IMG/VR virus record: IMGVR_UViG_3300027907_000002
Span: 6,752-70,751 of that record
DNA length: 64,000 nucleotides
Strand: one strand, 5' to 3'
Source of the DNA: a virus
Positions 26,091 through 36,270 of this stretch are shown piece after piece. The first letter of the stretch is position 1; each line of letters begins with the position of its first letter. The notes under the pieces are model-generated. The model ran no database searches. It was given only the letters and a program-made list of their open reading frames with translations, and was not told the origin of the DNA. The position numbers and the translations under genes were made by a program.

Positions 26091-26210
26091 GCTCTCCTGA
26101 GCTGGAGTCTCTTCAGCGGTGGGCTCAGAAACCTCGGGGGTCTCTTGAGTCGCGGGAGCATCATTCACATCGGCCTCTTGGTCGACATACTCAACATTAT
26201 CTGTAGCCAT
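26088..26210 (-). CDS. 40-aa highly acidic peptide
   Basis: GAAAGGA RBS; MATDNVEYVDQEADVNDAPATQETPEVSEPTAEETPAQES*. Confidence 0.55.
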   Translation of the reverse strand: MATDNVEYVDQEADVNDAPATQETPEVSEPTAEETPAQES

Positions 26211-26570
26211 TTTCGGGATGTCCTTTCTGAGTTAAAGGTTGAAAAATAGGCAGACCCTTACAATACGCACTAAAAGGGCCTGCCTCCGAGTTGAAAATCA
26301 CACGTAAAGGAACGACCGCTTAGCCGCTCCCCAAGGAGACCAACCTAATTCGATCATACGCAACGACAAGGTAAACTCGTATGACCTACTGACTCAGTTG
26401 GCCCCTATGGGCAACGCCTTTACGTCTGCCAGTACATGGCTAGTACCTCCAAGTTAAAGGTTGAACTTTTCATTATTCACTGTTGCGGATCTATTCTAAC
26501 TGATTTTTGTATTGGAGCTAAAACCGCTCCCCCAAGGACTCCACCTTTCTTGGAGTCCAAGGGGCAATGG

Positions 26571-26783
26571 TTAGCGTACAAGACAGCGCCAAGATCCATC
26601 TGAAAATATGTCATACAGATGGAACTCTTCAAAGAACTCTGGAGCGTCAGGGCCTATCACCCAAAGAAGCGCTCCTCCATAGTAAGTGGTTTGAACTTTG
26701 GGGATCTTTATCTTACAAGGCGCTTTGTCGAGCCATTGCAGTAGATCCCATATAGAATTGAAAAGCCTCGCATAGCCTCTCAT
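26571..26783 (-). CDS. hypothetical protein
   Basis: AAGGAG RBS. Confidence 0.5.
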   Translation of the reverse strand: MRGYARLFNSIWDLLQWLDKAPCKIKIPKVQTTYYGGALLWVIGPDAPEFFEEFHLYDIFSDGSWRCLVR

Positions 26784-26794
26784 AGGACTCCTTT

Positions 26795-27016
26795 CTAGTC
26801 CAGCACAGTAATCGGATAAGGTTTCGACTCATTATCCAGTGACACTGAATAACAAGAATAATCGTCACAAGTATCTGACCATCTAATAAGGATCTCAATA
26901 AAGCTGTGACTCTTTCGACAGACATACATATTTCCCATCTGTCCCTTTATCGAGATCCACCCCACCCACTTGCATGTGTCGCAGTCATGCTCGTAGGGCT
27001 GAATTACCTTGGGCAT
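26795..27016 (-). CDS. hypothetical protein
   Basis: PYEHDCDTC motif; RBS. Confidence 0.6.
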   Translation of the reverse strand: MPKVIQPYEHDCDTCKWVGWISIKGQMGNMYVCRKSHSFIEILIRWSDTCDDYSCYSVSLDNESKPYPITVLD

Positions 27017-27018
27017 AT

Positions 27019-27522
27019 CTAGTCCTTTCTCTTAGGCTTCTGAAACTTTATCTTAGGGCCTGCCTCTCTGGGCGTAGGCATTGGTTCACGATAGAAGCCC
27101 CTATTAGGGGCCCGACATTTGGCTTTGCAGTGCAAGTCAGGGCTCGCCATATCCGTTTGGGTTATGAGAGCCCCTTCTACAAATGAGGCCCTGCGCCGAA
27201 ATTCTTTCTCCTGCGCGGCCAGGGCCTTCTCACGCTCCCTTTTTTCGGAGGGAGTCTCTTTAGGCAAGGACGCTTCATAGCATTCCTTGGCTTCTTGAAG
27301 CAAGATGAAAGCCAGGGCCTTGAGATCTTTTCTGAGCATATCAGAAACGTGCTCAGGGTTACGCGCCTCACCATTCTTTAAAAGGTGAATCGCTCTCTCA
27401 ATGCGCCTTTCTTTTAAAGCTTTCCTCTCGTCTCGCTCTGCAAAGCCTTGGATAGAGTTAAACATTGTGTCCTCCACTTCAAGGCCAGGACTTCTACTAG
27501 CCCAGACTGAAAACATAAACAT
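27019..27522 (-). CDS. hypothetical protein (true start probably MFNSIQ)
   Basis: GGAGG before the internal ATG; charged helical sequence. Confidence 0.55.
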   Translation of the reverse strand: MFMFSVWASRSPGLEVEDTMFNSIQGFAERDERKALKERRIERAIHLLKNGEARNPEHVSDMLRKDLKALAFILLQEAKECYEASLPKETPSEKREREKALAAQEKEFRRRASFVEGALITQTDMASPDLHCKAKCRAPNRGFYREPMPTPREAGPKIKFQKPKRKD

Positions 27523-27731
27523 CGGTGCAGCCAGTATGCCACAGTATTACCCTACTAACTTTAAACTCACCACAAGGTAACACTATGTAATCGCCAGCCA
27601 CAGGAACGCGGGACAGCTCAAAAAAGCCCAGAGATTGCCCCACGGGATTTTTTATCTCAACAACTGCTGGCATACTTTTACCTCTTTCAAAGCCAGAGCC
27701 TCTACTAGACAGTAGGGCCATCCAAAAGTAA

Positions 27732-27794
27732 CGAAGGGAGTAACCTAAACTAACTAGATGTTACTCTATGTTAGTCTGTGTTACTCCCCTTTTA
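27732..27794. terminator. hairpin, possible terminator
   Basis: AAGGGGAGTAAC...GTTACTCCCCTT inverted repeat in intergenic DNA. Confidence 0.45.
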
Positions 27795-27797
27795 CCT

Positions 27798-27986
27798 TTA
27801 TGCACTATGCACAAATGGCGCAGTATTATCAACTAATGCCGCTGAATAACCATTGCGCCTAATCCACCAAATAGCTTCGATCTTAGTCCAGAAATGGCGC
27901 AGTTTAACACGCTGGCCATATTCCATTACTTCGACTTGATAAAGGCGCAATTTAGTTGCGTCACTTGTCAAATAGACAGTTATCAT
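27798..27986 (-). CDS. hypothetical protein
   Basis: AGGGAG RBS. Confidence 0.5.
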   Translation of the reverse strand: MITVYLTSDATKLRLYQVEVMEYGQRVKLRHFWTKIEAIWWIRRNGYSAALVDNTAPFVHSA

Positions 27987-28055
27987 AATCTCCCTTTCGT
28001 GTGATTTATGCTCTCAATAGACTCGCCACCCTATTTAGCAAGATAGCCTGATTAA

Positions 28056-29426
28056 CTACGCACTAACAGTTGCGGCTTCAGCTTTTTCCACTGCATCTAT
28101 CGCGTCCGCCTCTTCGGCGTCCAGATACTCATTGATTGCCTGCGCGCTGAAATACTCTTCAAACTGCGCCTCATCGTTGAAATCCGTCCCTTCGTCCGAA
28201 TTGGCGATGTTCTGCTCAATGAGCCGTTCGACGATAGCGTCTCTCTGCTCGAATTCCATAGTAGGATATCGCGCATAGACTTGTTTGCTCGCTCGCCTAA
28301 CTGCCCTATCTCGCCACGTAATAGGCTTCTGAGTAGCTTCTGGCAGAGCCGCCGATGTATCGGTAGACTCTACCTTTGATCCTGGAATTGTTTCCGCTTT
28401 CGGTTCGGGATGATGTTCGCCGTAGACTTCACCACGGGCAATGTCAGCCATCATCAATTCCAGCCTTCTGGCTTCGTCTGCCGCAAACGCCGCGATAGTC
28501 TTGGAGTTTTTCTTGGCGTCTTTCAGCTCTTTGAGCCATTGCCCTATTCCGCTGTACATCAAGCCACAAAAGCGAGCTAGGACAAGCTGAACGATAAGGC
28601 TAGGATCAAACTCGAAACGCTTATCCTCTGGATTCTGGCCTGTGAGCGTTCTGAGAATCGCGCCACACTCGGCCACCTTATCATTATTCAGCTTGTTAGC
28701 CGCGTCATTGATGAGTTCGAGTGACTTGCGAATTCTTGAACCGTGCGTTCCGCCCGTATCCAAAACTAAATACTCAACGGTCGCCCTAAACTTCCAATCC
28801 TCTCCAGCCATACCCTCTACTGTTTTGGATTGAACGCCCTTGCGACCGTCAAACAATCCAGGCTTAGGTTGCTTCACTTTCCCTTTAGGTGAAACCTTTT
28901 CAGGCGTTCCCTTGAAGGCCACGTTCGAGAGAGAAGTGAGAGCATACAGACAGAAGCTAACAGACGCCTTAATCGCGGAGATAATGGGCATTGAAACGCT
29001 GATACCATCGGGATTGATTCCGTGGCCGATGCGCTCTTTGCCTTTCTCATCATAGAGGCTTCCAAGTCCCAAAGCCCACGCCGTAAACTCTTCTATCTGC
29101 GCGGCTATGATCTGGCCACCGCGATTGCCCCATTCCTTTTGCTTATCCTCAAGCGCGGGAATGATCGAATCATAATCGTCCGACTTGAAGGCCGTCCGAA
29201 TTCGAGCTATCAAAGCCTCCGTATAGGAAGCCTTACGATTATCATCGCCTTTCGTATCAAGCGTTTCGGGCGATGTAATAGCGCCAAGAACTGACAATTT
29301 CAACTGTGCGCCTAATTCAACGTTGAGAGCTGAAACTGTGTTGATAGCTTCGGTGGTAGCCTCTGAAGTTGGAACGCCGTTTGCTTTAACGAGTCTTGTA
29401 TTTTTCTGATTAGACATTGTGGTCAC
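28056..29426 (-). CDS. first gene of the early arm, 456-aa hypothetical protein with acidic C-terminus
   Basis: Long ORF with AAGGTG RBS, downstream of a candidate promoter. Confidence 0.75.
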   Translation of the reverse strand: MTTMSNQKNTRLVKANGVPTSEATTEAINTVSALNVELGAQLKLSVLGAITSPETLDTKGDDNRKASYTEALIARIRTAFKSDDYDSIIPALEDKQKEWGNRGGQIIAAQIEEFTAWALGLGSLYDEKGKERIGHGINPDGISVSMPIISAIKASVSFCLYALTSLSNVAFKGTPEKVSPKGKVKQPKPGLFDGRKGVQSKTVEGMAGEDWKFRATVEYLVLDTGGTHGSRIRKSLELINDAANKLNNDKVAECGAILRTLTGQNPEDKRFEFDPSLIVQLVLARFCGLMYSGIGQWLKELKDAKKNSKTIAAFAADEARRLELMMADIARGEVYGEHHPEPKAETIPGSKVESTDTSAALPEATQKPITWRDRAVRRASKQVYARYPTMEFEQRDAIVERLIEQNIANSDEGTDFNDEAQFEEYFSAQAINEYLDAEEADAIDAVEKAEAATVSA

Positions 29427-29739
29427 CTTTCATTGTTTGCCCCTCTCGGAGCGACTATTAACTACGCCCTTTTCGGAGCGTTCGATTTGCTCAATGAAGG
29501 CCACCTTGCCAAACAGACTAGCGAGTCAATTCAGAGCATAAACCTTTAACTTCAATATTTACGTCGCCCTTGCATCACTCCCAGGCCAGATTAGCTAATC
29601 CCACGACTTACCGCCTGCGCGTGGGACTGGGAACGCTTTCCAGGTGAAAGCGCGCTTGTGATCGCTTCGGGCTTTCGTTTTCAAACTAGCGACAATCTCT
29701 TAGGCTAGGATGAGATTGACCATATCAAATGGTGAGCGC

Positions 29740-29769
29740 ACCTTAGATTAAATGCGCGCGGGGTGTCAA
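29740..29769 (-). promoter_or_regulatory. candidate sigma70 promoter for the early arm
   Basis: TTGACA-18nt-TAAGGT on the minus strand. Confidence 0.4.
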
Positions 29770-30368
29770 GTGAAAAATCATAGCACCGCTCTATTGACAA
29801 ACGAATTTATTATCGGACGCATTTTAGGTTAAATGGTCATACCAATTTCAGCTCCGATGTTGAGAGTCGGTTCACCATACTAGTCGCCCGGTTCCCCTCT
29901 CCGGTTACCCACCCTCGGAGCGATGTCACTCCCCAGCGAACAGCGCGTCAGCGCGGTGAGCGGTGCCCTGGCCAATCCGTTCATTAGAGATAGTTAGACA
30001 TCCTATATATAAGATAGGGTATACCGGTAGTCAGGTAGTCCGGTCTTTAGGTCTTACGGAGGACTTGGCGCGCCGTTGGATGTCGCTCCCAGGCTTAGTT
30101 GTCGCGAGGCGGGGGAGATGAAGCGCACGGGAGCGCTACGATATTACAAAAAATTTTTTTTTATTAGATGGGTCAAAAGAGGGCTATGTAGCATTCTACA
30201 TAGGGTCTGGGCTATATAACTAGAATAGTAACAATGGCGCGCAGATTTTAAGGAAAAGTGACCAGAATCGCGGTCTGAACGCGGAGAGACGGCGCAGCCC
30301 AGGAAAAAGTTCTTCCTTCCTTTTATAGATTTCCCTCTCGGCTTACCTGCGCTTCACGCTAGCATGTC

Positions 30369-30396
30369 TTGAAAAATCCGTCAATCTATGTAGTAT
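30369..30396 (+). promoter_or_regulatory. candidate promoter for the late arm
   Basis: TTGAAA-16nt-TAGTAT upstream of 30447. Confidence 0.35.
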
Positions 30397-30446
30397 GCTT
30401 TCCAAGCGCGGGCTAATCCGTGCCAAACTGACTAAGGAGCGTTGAT

Positions 30447-31193
30447 ATGCCTGGAATTATAACAGGAGGCCTTATGGGAGGAGGTCGACTGATTGATAGA
30501 GCTGCACGTCCTCTCAATGGGCAAGAAGTTGCCCGAGCTATTGAGTCTCACGTTCTCTCTTTAGCTAATAAGATCCTGAACGACGCGGGGGTGTATAGTG
30601 ACCGGTCGATGGAACTCATCGAAACTATGACTAATGACCTCCACGAATCCTTTCTCAAACACACTCAACTCACAAAAATCAACATAAGGTATCCCAAAAT
30701 AGGATGGGAGGTGAAAGTACGTTTAGAAGAGAACGAACTCAACCAGTACCATATGAGCGCGGAGGTGGATCTCGATCTCGAAAGAAATCTCCGAATCCCT
30801 ATTCGAGTAGGCCAGAGTGGGTTTGGTCGCGTCATCTCAAGCCGAGAAGAAGAACGTATCCCTACCGACATCCCAGACAAAACTCGCAAAGAGTTTGATC
30901 TCCCTATAAAGGCTGAGATCGTGAAAACCAACGGCGAGGTGGTCAACACCGATCTCCGAGAACTCCAGCAAGAACGTCGAGCGGCTCGCACGGTAGATGT
31001 CGGTCGCGCCAAAATCGAAGGACAAGTAGTAACGAAAGGAGCTCCTATAGTACTTCCGACAGAAGTTCCAGAGATCTCTCTCGATGAAGTACTAGCTGAG
31101 CCGCCAGTAATGGCTAAGAACCCCGAAGCCCCTCCCCTTCCAGAGAAGGGATCTATGGCTCAAAAGACTAGACCACAAGCGAGATTTAAGTAA
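30447..31193 (+). CDS. hypothetical protein, first late-arm gene
   Basis: TAAGGAG RBS; 248 aa. Confidence 0.7.
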   Translation: MPGIITGGLMGGGRLIDRAARPLNGQEVARAIESHVLSLANKILNDAGVYSDRSMELIETMTNDLHESFLKHTQLTKINIRYPKIGWEVKVRLEENELNQYHMSAEVDLDLERNLRIPIRVGQSGFGRVISSREEERIPTDIPDKTRKEFDLPIKAEIVKTNGEVVNTDLRELQQERRAARTVDVGRAKIEGQVVTKGAPIVLPTEVPEISLDEVLAEPPVMAKNPEAPPLPEKGSMAQKTRPQARFK

Positions 31194-31299
31194 TGATCTG
31201 GATATTTGTAACAGGAGTTCTTTGTTATGCCTTGGGTATATATGGAATATACTTAATGGCTAAATATACCCAGATCAAGAAATAGTAAGGAGTTCGAAA

Positions 31300-31635
31300 T
31301 TGAAACAACTAGCATACGAATTCGGAATTCTAGATGTTGCTGCAGCTCTCGTCGCTGCTACTCAAGGTGAGATCGAAGACGGTATCTATAAACTCTCTAT
31401 GAATGGAGAGACCATCGGCGCGTCGATCCCTAGAATCTTCGCAGGACAGCGAGATGAAGTTCTTCCTGGCTTTGTAAGTAGGGTAACTGGAATTACTCTA
31501 GTCAGACTTTCTGGTGGGGCTCTTGACGGAACCACCTTCAGAGTGGAGAAAGGTTTAATAGTGGAGTACTATGGCGTTAATTCAAATCAACACGGACCTG
31601 AAACTAGTAGCGAAGCAGCTTCAGAGAATAGCTGA
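31300..31635 (+). CDS. hypothetical protein
   Basis: TAAGGAG RBS with TTG start. Confidence 0.55.
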   Translation: MKQLAYEFGILDVAAALVAATQGEIEDGIYKLSMNGETIGASIPRIFAGQRDEVLPGFVSRVTGITLVRLSGGALDGTTFRVEKGLIVEYYGVNSNQHGPETSSEAASENS

Positions 31636-31783
31636 TGCGCTCGATCGAGCTATCCCTAACTATGAACTAACCCCTGTTGTAGAGGAACTCAATGAACAAG
31701 AGAGCCAAGAGCGTCCGAAAAATGTCCTCTCCTTCCCCGAAAGAAGTGGTTGGGAAGAGTACGCCCCTCGAAGAAACTACTGA
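31571..31783 (+). CDS. hypothetical protein
   Basis: GGAG RBS; LQRIADALDR helix. Confidence 0.55.
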   Translation: MALIQINTDLKLVAKQLQRIADALDRAIPNYELTPVVEELNEQESQERPKNVLSFPERSGWEEYAPRRNY

Positions 31784-32435
31784 CTCTCTCTTTCAGGTCA
31801 ACGAAAGTGGAAGGGGGGCGGCATTAGTGTTGCGTTGGCCCGGTCTAGCCAATATCAAGCCGCGACTCGATGCACCCCCTCCCACCCAACCCGGCTCTAC
31901 GGACTTCTGGGTTACTCAAGTCTTCGGTTCTCGTGAGAAGGGACTGGAATATATAGAATCTCTCGTAGCAGGTCAGGCTGAGAATGCTGATCAAAAGTGG
32001 GTGAAACTGATTCTCCTCTACAGAGAGTGGGAGACTAGACACAAGCAAGGGAGACTTCAAGAACCCCCTACGCTAAATATGGTCTGCCACTCTCTGAATT
32101 TTGACACTCCTACCTTCATTCGAGAGCTCCAGAGTGGGCTAGTAGCCTACGTCAAAAGCCAAGCTATAATGAAGGCTATAGCTGAAAGTCCGAAGGTAAT
32201 AGATAACCTGAATCGAAAAGCTAAGGACAAGAAAGCAGACGTTCGCACGATCGAGCTTCAACTACGAGTCGCGGGTGTTATAGACGAGAAAGGAGCTCCC
32301 GTGCAGGTAAATGTCAATCAACAACAGGCCATCATAGGCGTTAAAGACAAAGATAAGCTAAGAACTCCTCTTCTACAGTTCAGCGACACAGTTCAGAGCA
32401 TAGATGAAGAGGTAAGGAGAAGTGATGACGTTTAG
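31692..32435 (+). CDS. possible terminase small subunit
   Basis: Helical protein with VQVNVNQQ strand near the C-terminus, shortly upstream of TerL; positional inference. Confidence 0.45.
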   Translation: MNKRAKSVRKMSSPSPKEVVGKSTPLEETTDSLFQVNESGRGAALVLRWPGLANIKPRLDAPPPTQPGSTDFWVTQVFGSREKGLEYIESLVAGQAENADQKWVKLILLYREWETRHKQGRLQEPPTLNMVCHSLNFDTPTFIRELQSGLVAYVKSQAIMKAIAESPKVIDNLNRKAKDKKADVRTIELQLRVAGVIDEKGAPVQVNVNQQQAIIGVKDKDKLRTPLLQFSDTVQSIDEEVRRSDDV

Positions 32436-32622
32436 GGAACTAGCAGAAAACCAAGGACTATTCGTTACTACTAACAACGTAGTTTATTTTGAGAGCTATG
32501 AGATGACTAGTGATTTTGCTCACGAAGCTCTTGAAGCTGGAATACGAACCGAAGTTCACAAAGGTACTAACGATGGAAAGACTACTTATGCTGTAGTAGA
32601 AAAGCTAGAGGACAAAAGATGA
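32422..32622 (+). CDS. hypothetical protein
   Basis: TAAGGAG RBS. Confidence 0.5.
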   Translation: MMTFRELAENQGLFVTTNNVVYFESYEMTSDFAHEALEAGIRTEVHKGTNDGKTTYAVVEKLEDKR

Positions 32623-32861
32623 AAAGATCCTTCTCTGATCTAACCGGCGATCCAGTAACTGGAGAGTTTGATTCTGTTGGAATCGAATACTCTCATCCAC
32701 TTTTCGAAGTACCGAATGCCGTAGTGATGGCTAGGGTAAGCTTTCGAATAGAAAACCACCCAACCGAAACCGGAAGGCGTCCAGACCTAAACAAGCAAGA
32801 CATAATAACCCTATTAAGGGGACTCTTCGAGACCTTTAGAGACTCTAGACCAGGAGCTTAG
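32619..32861 (+). CDS. hypothetical protein
   Basis: ATGA coupling. Confidence 0.5.
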   Translation: MKRSFSDLTGDPVTGEFDSVGIEYSHPLFEVPNAVVMARVSFRIENHPTETGRRPDLNKQDIITLLRGLFETFRDSRPGA

Positions 32862-32982
32862 TATCTATTCTCGCATAGTAGTAGAACGTAACCTCCTGCG
32901 CGCCGAGGAGATCATAAAACGAGAACATGATCTCCCGCTGCGCTGGAACCTCAAGATCCCTACTTCGGGTGAGAGGCAGGAG

Positions 32983-35043
32983 ATGCGAGCTCACTTCGAT
33001 ACCTTACTCGACCACAAGGGTTACTTAATAAGAGATGTTACTAAAGAAGAACGCTTCTGGATCTTACTCGAAAACACGATCTGCAAGTTAGACTTCCACT
33101 ACTTCGCTAATCTCTATGGTACCATCATAGACTGGACTAGCCGCCCTACTCTTATAGAGTTCAACATAGCTCAGAGAATAGTTCTTGAACTAATAGCTCG
33201 AAACGAACAGCTAGGTCACGCTCTCAACTTTATGTATCTCAAGGCCCGCCGCCTTGGAATCACAACGGTATGGCAGCTTCTCCTAGCTCATAGAGTGTTC
33301 TTCTACCGCAACGTCGGCGCTTATACAGGATCTGCTGAGGAAACCAAATCCCGAGAGATGGTCCGAATGATCGAACTGATCTGGGACTATCTACCCTGGT
33401 GGATGAAACCCCGCCGCACTTCCTACACCCGAGGCGAGTTGATGGAGTTTGCAGACCTCAACTCTGCTCTAGTAGTCCAGTGGGGTAACCAGAAACAGGG
33501 TATCGGGCGAGGAGCTACCCCCACAATAGCTCATATGTCGGAGGTCTCTTCGTTTCAGAAGCCAGAGGAACTGATCGACGCGGCTCTTGCTAAAGCTATT
33601 CTAGAGAACCCTTTCGGTATGTTGGCTATGGAGTCGACCGCCAACGTTATCGGAGACTGGTGGAACCTGACCTGGGACTATATGGTCGAGTCAGATGCCA
33701 AGGGACTAGCCAAATATAAGCCGGTGTTTCTACCTTGGTACGTGGGTACTGACCTGTATCCTACTGAAGCTGGCTATAGAAGACGCCCTGCTCCAGACGA
33801 TTGGACTGTTCCAGCTTATGTGTCTAAGCACGCGGAAGCTGCAGCAGTCTATGTAGCTTCAAATAAGATCCTTCGTGACTCAATGGGTGAGAACTGGCAG
33901 ATGTCCCGTCGCCAGATGTGGTGGTACTACCTCGAATACGAAGAAGCTCGACGCAAGAAACAACTCCATATCTTGCTTAGAGAGCTCCCCGCGTCGGCTC
34001 ACGAGGCTTTCCAGAACGCTAACCCTTCAGTATTCCTTTTGGAGACTATGAACGAAGTTCGCACCGAGACTCTAGCATCGGAACCCGTGGGAGTCTTTCA
34101 ACTCTCTGGAAAGGAAATCCCCTTTATCTACAGGGATCGTAAGATCGAGGGTGATCCTATCAGTCTAAGGTGCATCTCAAACGAGGGAGTCTTGATGGAA
34201 GAGTTCTCTCTCGAACCCGTAGAGTGCGATGGATGGCCTGACACCGATCCAGATGGAAAGATCTTCTTATGGGAGTGGCCCCAGGCTGGAGAAACTTATG
34301 GGGTCTACTGCGATCCTTCCGAGGGAGTCGGTCGAGACGGCTCAGTCATAGGAGTTATCAAGAAAGCTACCCCCTGGCATCCCGACGAACAGGTAGCTGA
34401 GTGGAGATCTCCTGTAGTAACCCAACACGATCTCTGGGCCTGGATGTTCGCTCTCTGTCACCTCTACACTGTGCGCGGCATTGAGGGCGAGTGGATGGAA
34501 CCCCTAGCCGCGATCGAAGTCAACATAGGAGCTGGAGACGCAGTTCAGACAGAGATGCTAAAGCGTGGCTACGGAAACTTTTACCGCGAGATGGATATGA
34601 CCCAGATAGGCGAAACGGGTCCTCAGTTCCAGAAACGCCCTCGATCAATTCGAGACCGAATCGGCTGGCGAACAGATGTCCGGACTCGCCCGAAAATGAT
34701 TTCTCTCTTCCGAAAGATGGTACGAGATGGCACATTTAGAGTAAGATCTCCATTCTTGGTTCGAGAGATGGCTACTCTCGAATACAACATAGACAAGCAA
34801 AAGATAATGGCCGTTAATGGAGAGTGGGACGATCGGATTATGGGCCCTGCGATTCTTCTAACTTGCTGGTATGATCCCGAGATCTACGGGAACGCTCCTC
34901 ACGCTTTTATCCAGGAGCGTCAGTACGAGGCTGAGTTAGAAAAGATGCCTGTTTATATGGGCGACAAAGGGATCGGGAGAGGCAGCTACTATAGTGGCCC
35001 TATTACAAACAAGAAGGATTCGAGGAGTTTTTCTTATGTCTGA
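32983..35043 (+). CDS. terL: terminase large subunit (may start at ATC 32863)
   Basis: LKARRLGITT Walker A, AHMSE Walker B, ESTA, YCDPSEGVGRDGS and DDRIM nuclease motifs. Confidence 0.93.
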   Translation: MRAHFDTLLDHKGYLIRDVTKEERFWILLENTICKLDFHYFANLYGTIIDWTSRPTLIEFNIAQRIVLELIARNEQLGHALNFMYLKARRLGITTVWQLLLAHRVFFYRNVGAYTGSAEETKSREMVRMIELIWDYLPWWMKPRRTSYTRGELMEFADLNSALVVQWGNQKQGIGRGATPTIAHMSEVSSFQKPEELIDAALAKAILENPFGMLAMESTANVIGDWWNLTWDYMVESDAKGLAKYKPVFLPWYVGTDLYPTEAGYRRRPAPDDWTVPAYVSKHAEAAAVYVASNKILRDSMGENWQMSRRQMWWYYLEYEEARRKKQLHILLRELPASAHEAFQNANPSVFLLETMNEVRTETLASEPVGVFQLSGKEIPFIYRDRKIEGDPISLRCISNEGVLMEEFSLEPVECDGWPDTDPDGKIFLWEWPQAGETYGVYCDPSEGVGRDGSVIGVIKKATPWHPDEQVAEWRSPVVTQHDLWAWMFALCHLYTVRGIEGEWMEPLAAIEVNIGAGDAVQTEMLKRGYGNFYREMDMTQIGETGPQFQKRPRSIRDRIGWRTDVRTRPKMISLFRKMVRDGTFRVRSPFLVREMATLEYNIDKQKIMAVNGEWDDRIMGPAILLTCWYDPEIYGNAPHAFIQERQYEAELEKMPVYMGDKGIGRGSYYSGPITNKKDSRSFSYV

Positions 35044-35267
35044 TCTTTACGAGAGTATGAGGGAAATGTACAAGAAAGCCAGCGAAGGGAAAGTTTATCC
35101 AGACGCGATGGTAGCTTCTGAATCGTGGTTTCGTTTCCGAATGGGAGACGCAGCTTTTGAGGAAGCTTTCCAGAGTGGTAGAGCTAGCTACTTCTGCGCG
35201 GCGGACCTAGCTGAAGGAGCCGACGAAGATATAACTAGAGATGGCATAGTCATAGTAAGTACTTAGT

Positions 35268-35489
35268 ATGTCTAACAAAATAACCTACTCTCAACTTCGA
35301 AAAGGCTACGAAGAAGCTCTTCGAAATAGCCAGCTTCCACACGAGTTCATAGTTGTCAGCATAGGAACTCTCCGAGCAGTATTCGGAGACAAGGTAGTCG
35401 AAGAAGAAATAAGAAAGGGACGCGCTTTCCGAGTTCCAATCACCAAGGTAGTAGAAGACGAATACGAGACACAAATATGGCCGAACTAG
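35268..35489 (+). CDS. hypothetical protein
   Basis: Packed ORF between TerL and portal. Confidence 0.45.
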   Translation: MSNKITYSQLRKGYEEALRNSQLPHEFIVVSIGTLRAVFGDKVVEEEIRKGRAFRVPITKVVEDEYETQIWPN

Positions 35490-35989
35490 ATTATGAATGC
35501 AAAAATGGACACATCTTTCAGAGAGGTCGCGGCAAGGACATTGAGAGGTGTCCTAAGTGTCGCTCAAAGAGTGAAATCATTTGGCTATCTCCTCGCTCAC
35601 CGCATCGTCAGCTTCAGACGCCGATAGTGATGTGGGAATATTCAGATGGTTCTCTTGGAGTAGCTGGTGGAGTTGATTCGAAGACTCCCCCTGGCGCTCA
35701 CCGAGTAGAGATCCGCTCTGCTGCTGAATATCGTCAGTACGCCAAGCGCTTGAACAACCAGTTTGAATCTAGTGATCGTCTGAAGGAAGAGAGTTACCTG
35801 GAACAAAAACAAGCCTGGGAGCGTGATCGTCGTTCCAATCTAGCTTGGATGATGGGGCAAGAAACCGACCCTGCCGCTCGGGACATCTACAGAGAAGCCC
35901 TAGAGCGAGGTAACCAGGGACACAACTCTCCTACTTATAGAGAGTTCTATTCGGTTGCGATGGAGATGGACCGGAGTAACTACGAGTAA
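35477..35989 (+). CDS. FmdB-like Zn-ribbon protein
   Basis: DYECKNGHIF...CPKC. Confidence 0.65.
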   Translation: MAELDYECKNGHIFQRGRGKDIERCPKCRSKSEIIWLSPRSPHRQLQTPIVMWEYSDGSLGVAGGVDSKTPPGAHRVEIRSAAEYRQYAKRLNNQFESSDRLKEESYLEQKQAWERDRRSNLAWMMGQETDPAARDIYREALERGNQGHNSPTYREFYSVAMEMDRSNYE

Positions 35990-35992
35990 CTT

Positions 35993-36265
35993 ATGTTGAA
36001 AATACACTCAGTTATCCCAGACGGCGACAGACATCCTCGCATAGTAGGTTACCTAATCAGCTCTCTAGTACTAGAACAGTTACTAGCTGGAAAGAAGATC
36101 TATGGTCTACCAGAGGGAGCGAAGATCTGTAATATGCAGTCCTATAGGCCTGAAGACTGTCCCAACGTTATGAACGTATGGTTCACTCACGAGAGCTTTG
36201 ACGAGGTTCCTTTGGGTGCCCTGATAGAGCTCCGGTGGGCCGATATTGATATGAATGAGGAGTAA
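35993..36265 (+). CDS. hypothetical protein
   Basis: GLPEGAKI...HESFDEVPLG motif. Confidence 0.6.
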   Translation: MLKIHSVIPDGDRHPRIVGYLISSLVLEQLLAGKKIYGLPEGAKICNMQSYRPEDCPNVMNVWFTHESFDEVPLGALIELRWADIDMNEE

Positions 36266-36270
36266 AAGAA

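Noticed and set aside
29794-29825. Plus-strand TTGACA promoter
   Set aside because: No acceptable -10 hexamer at 16-18 nt spacing
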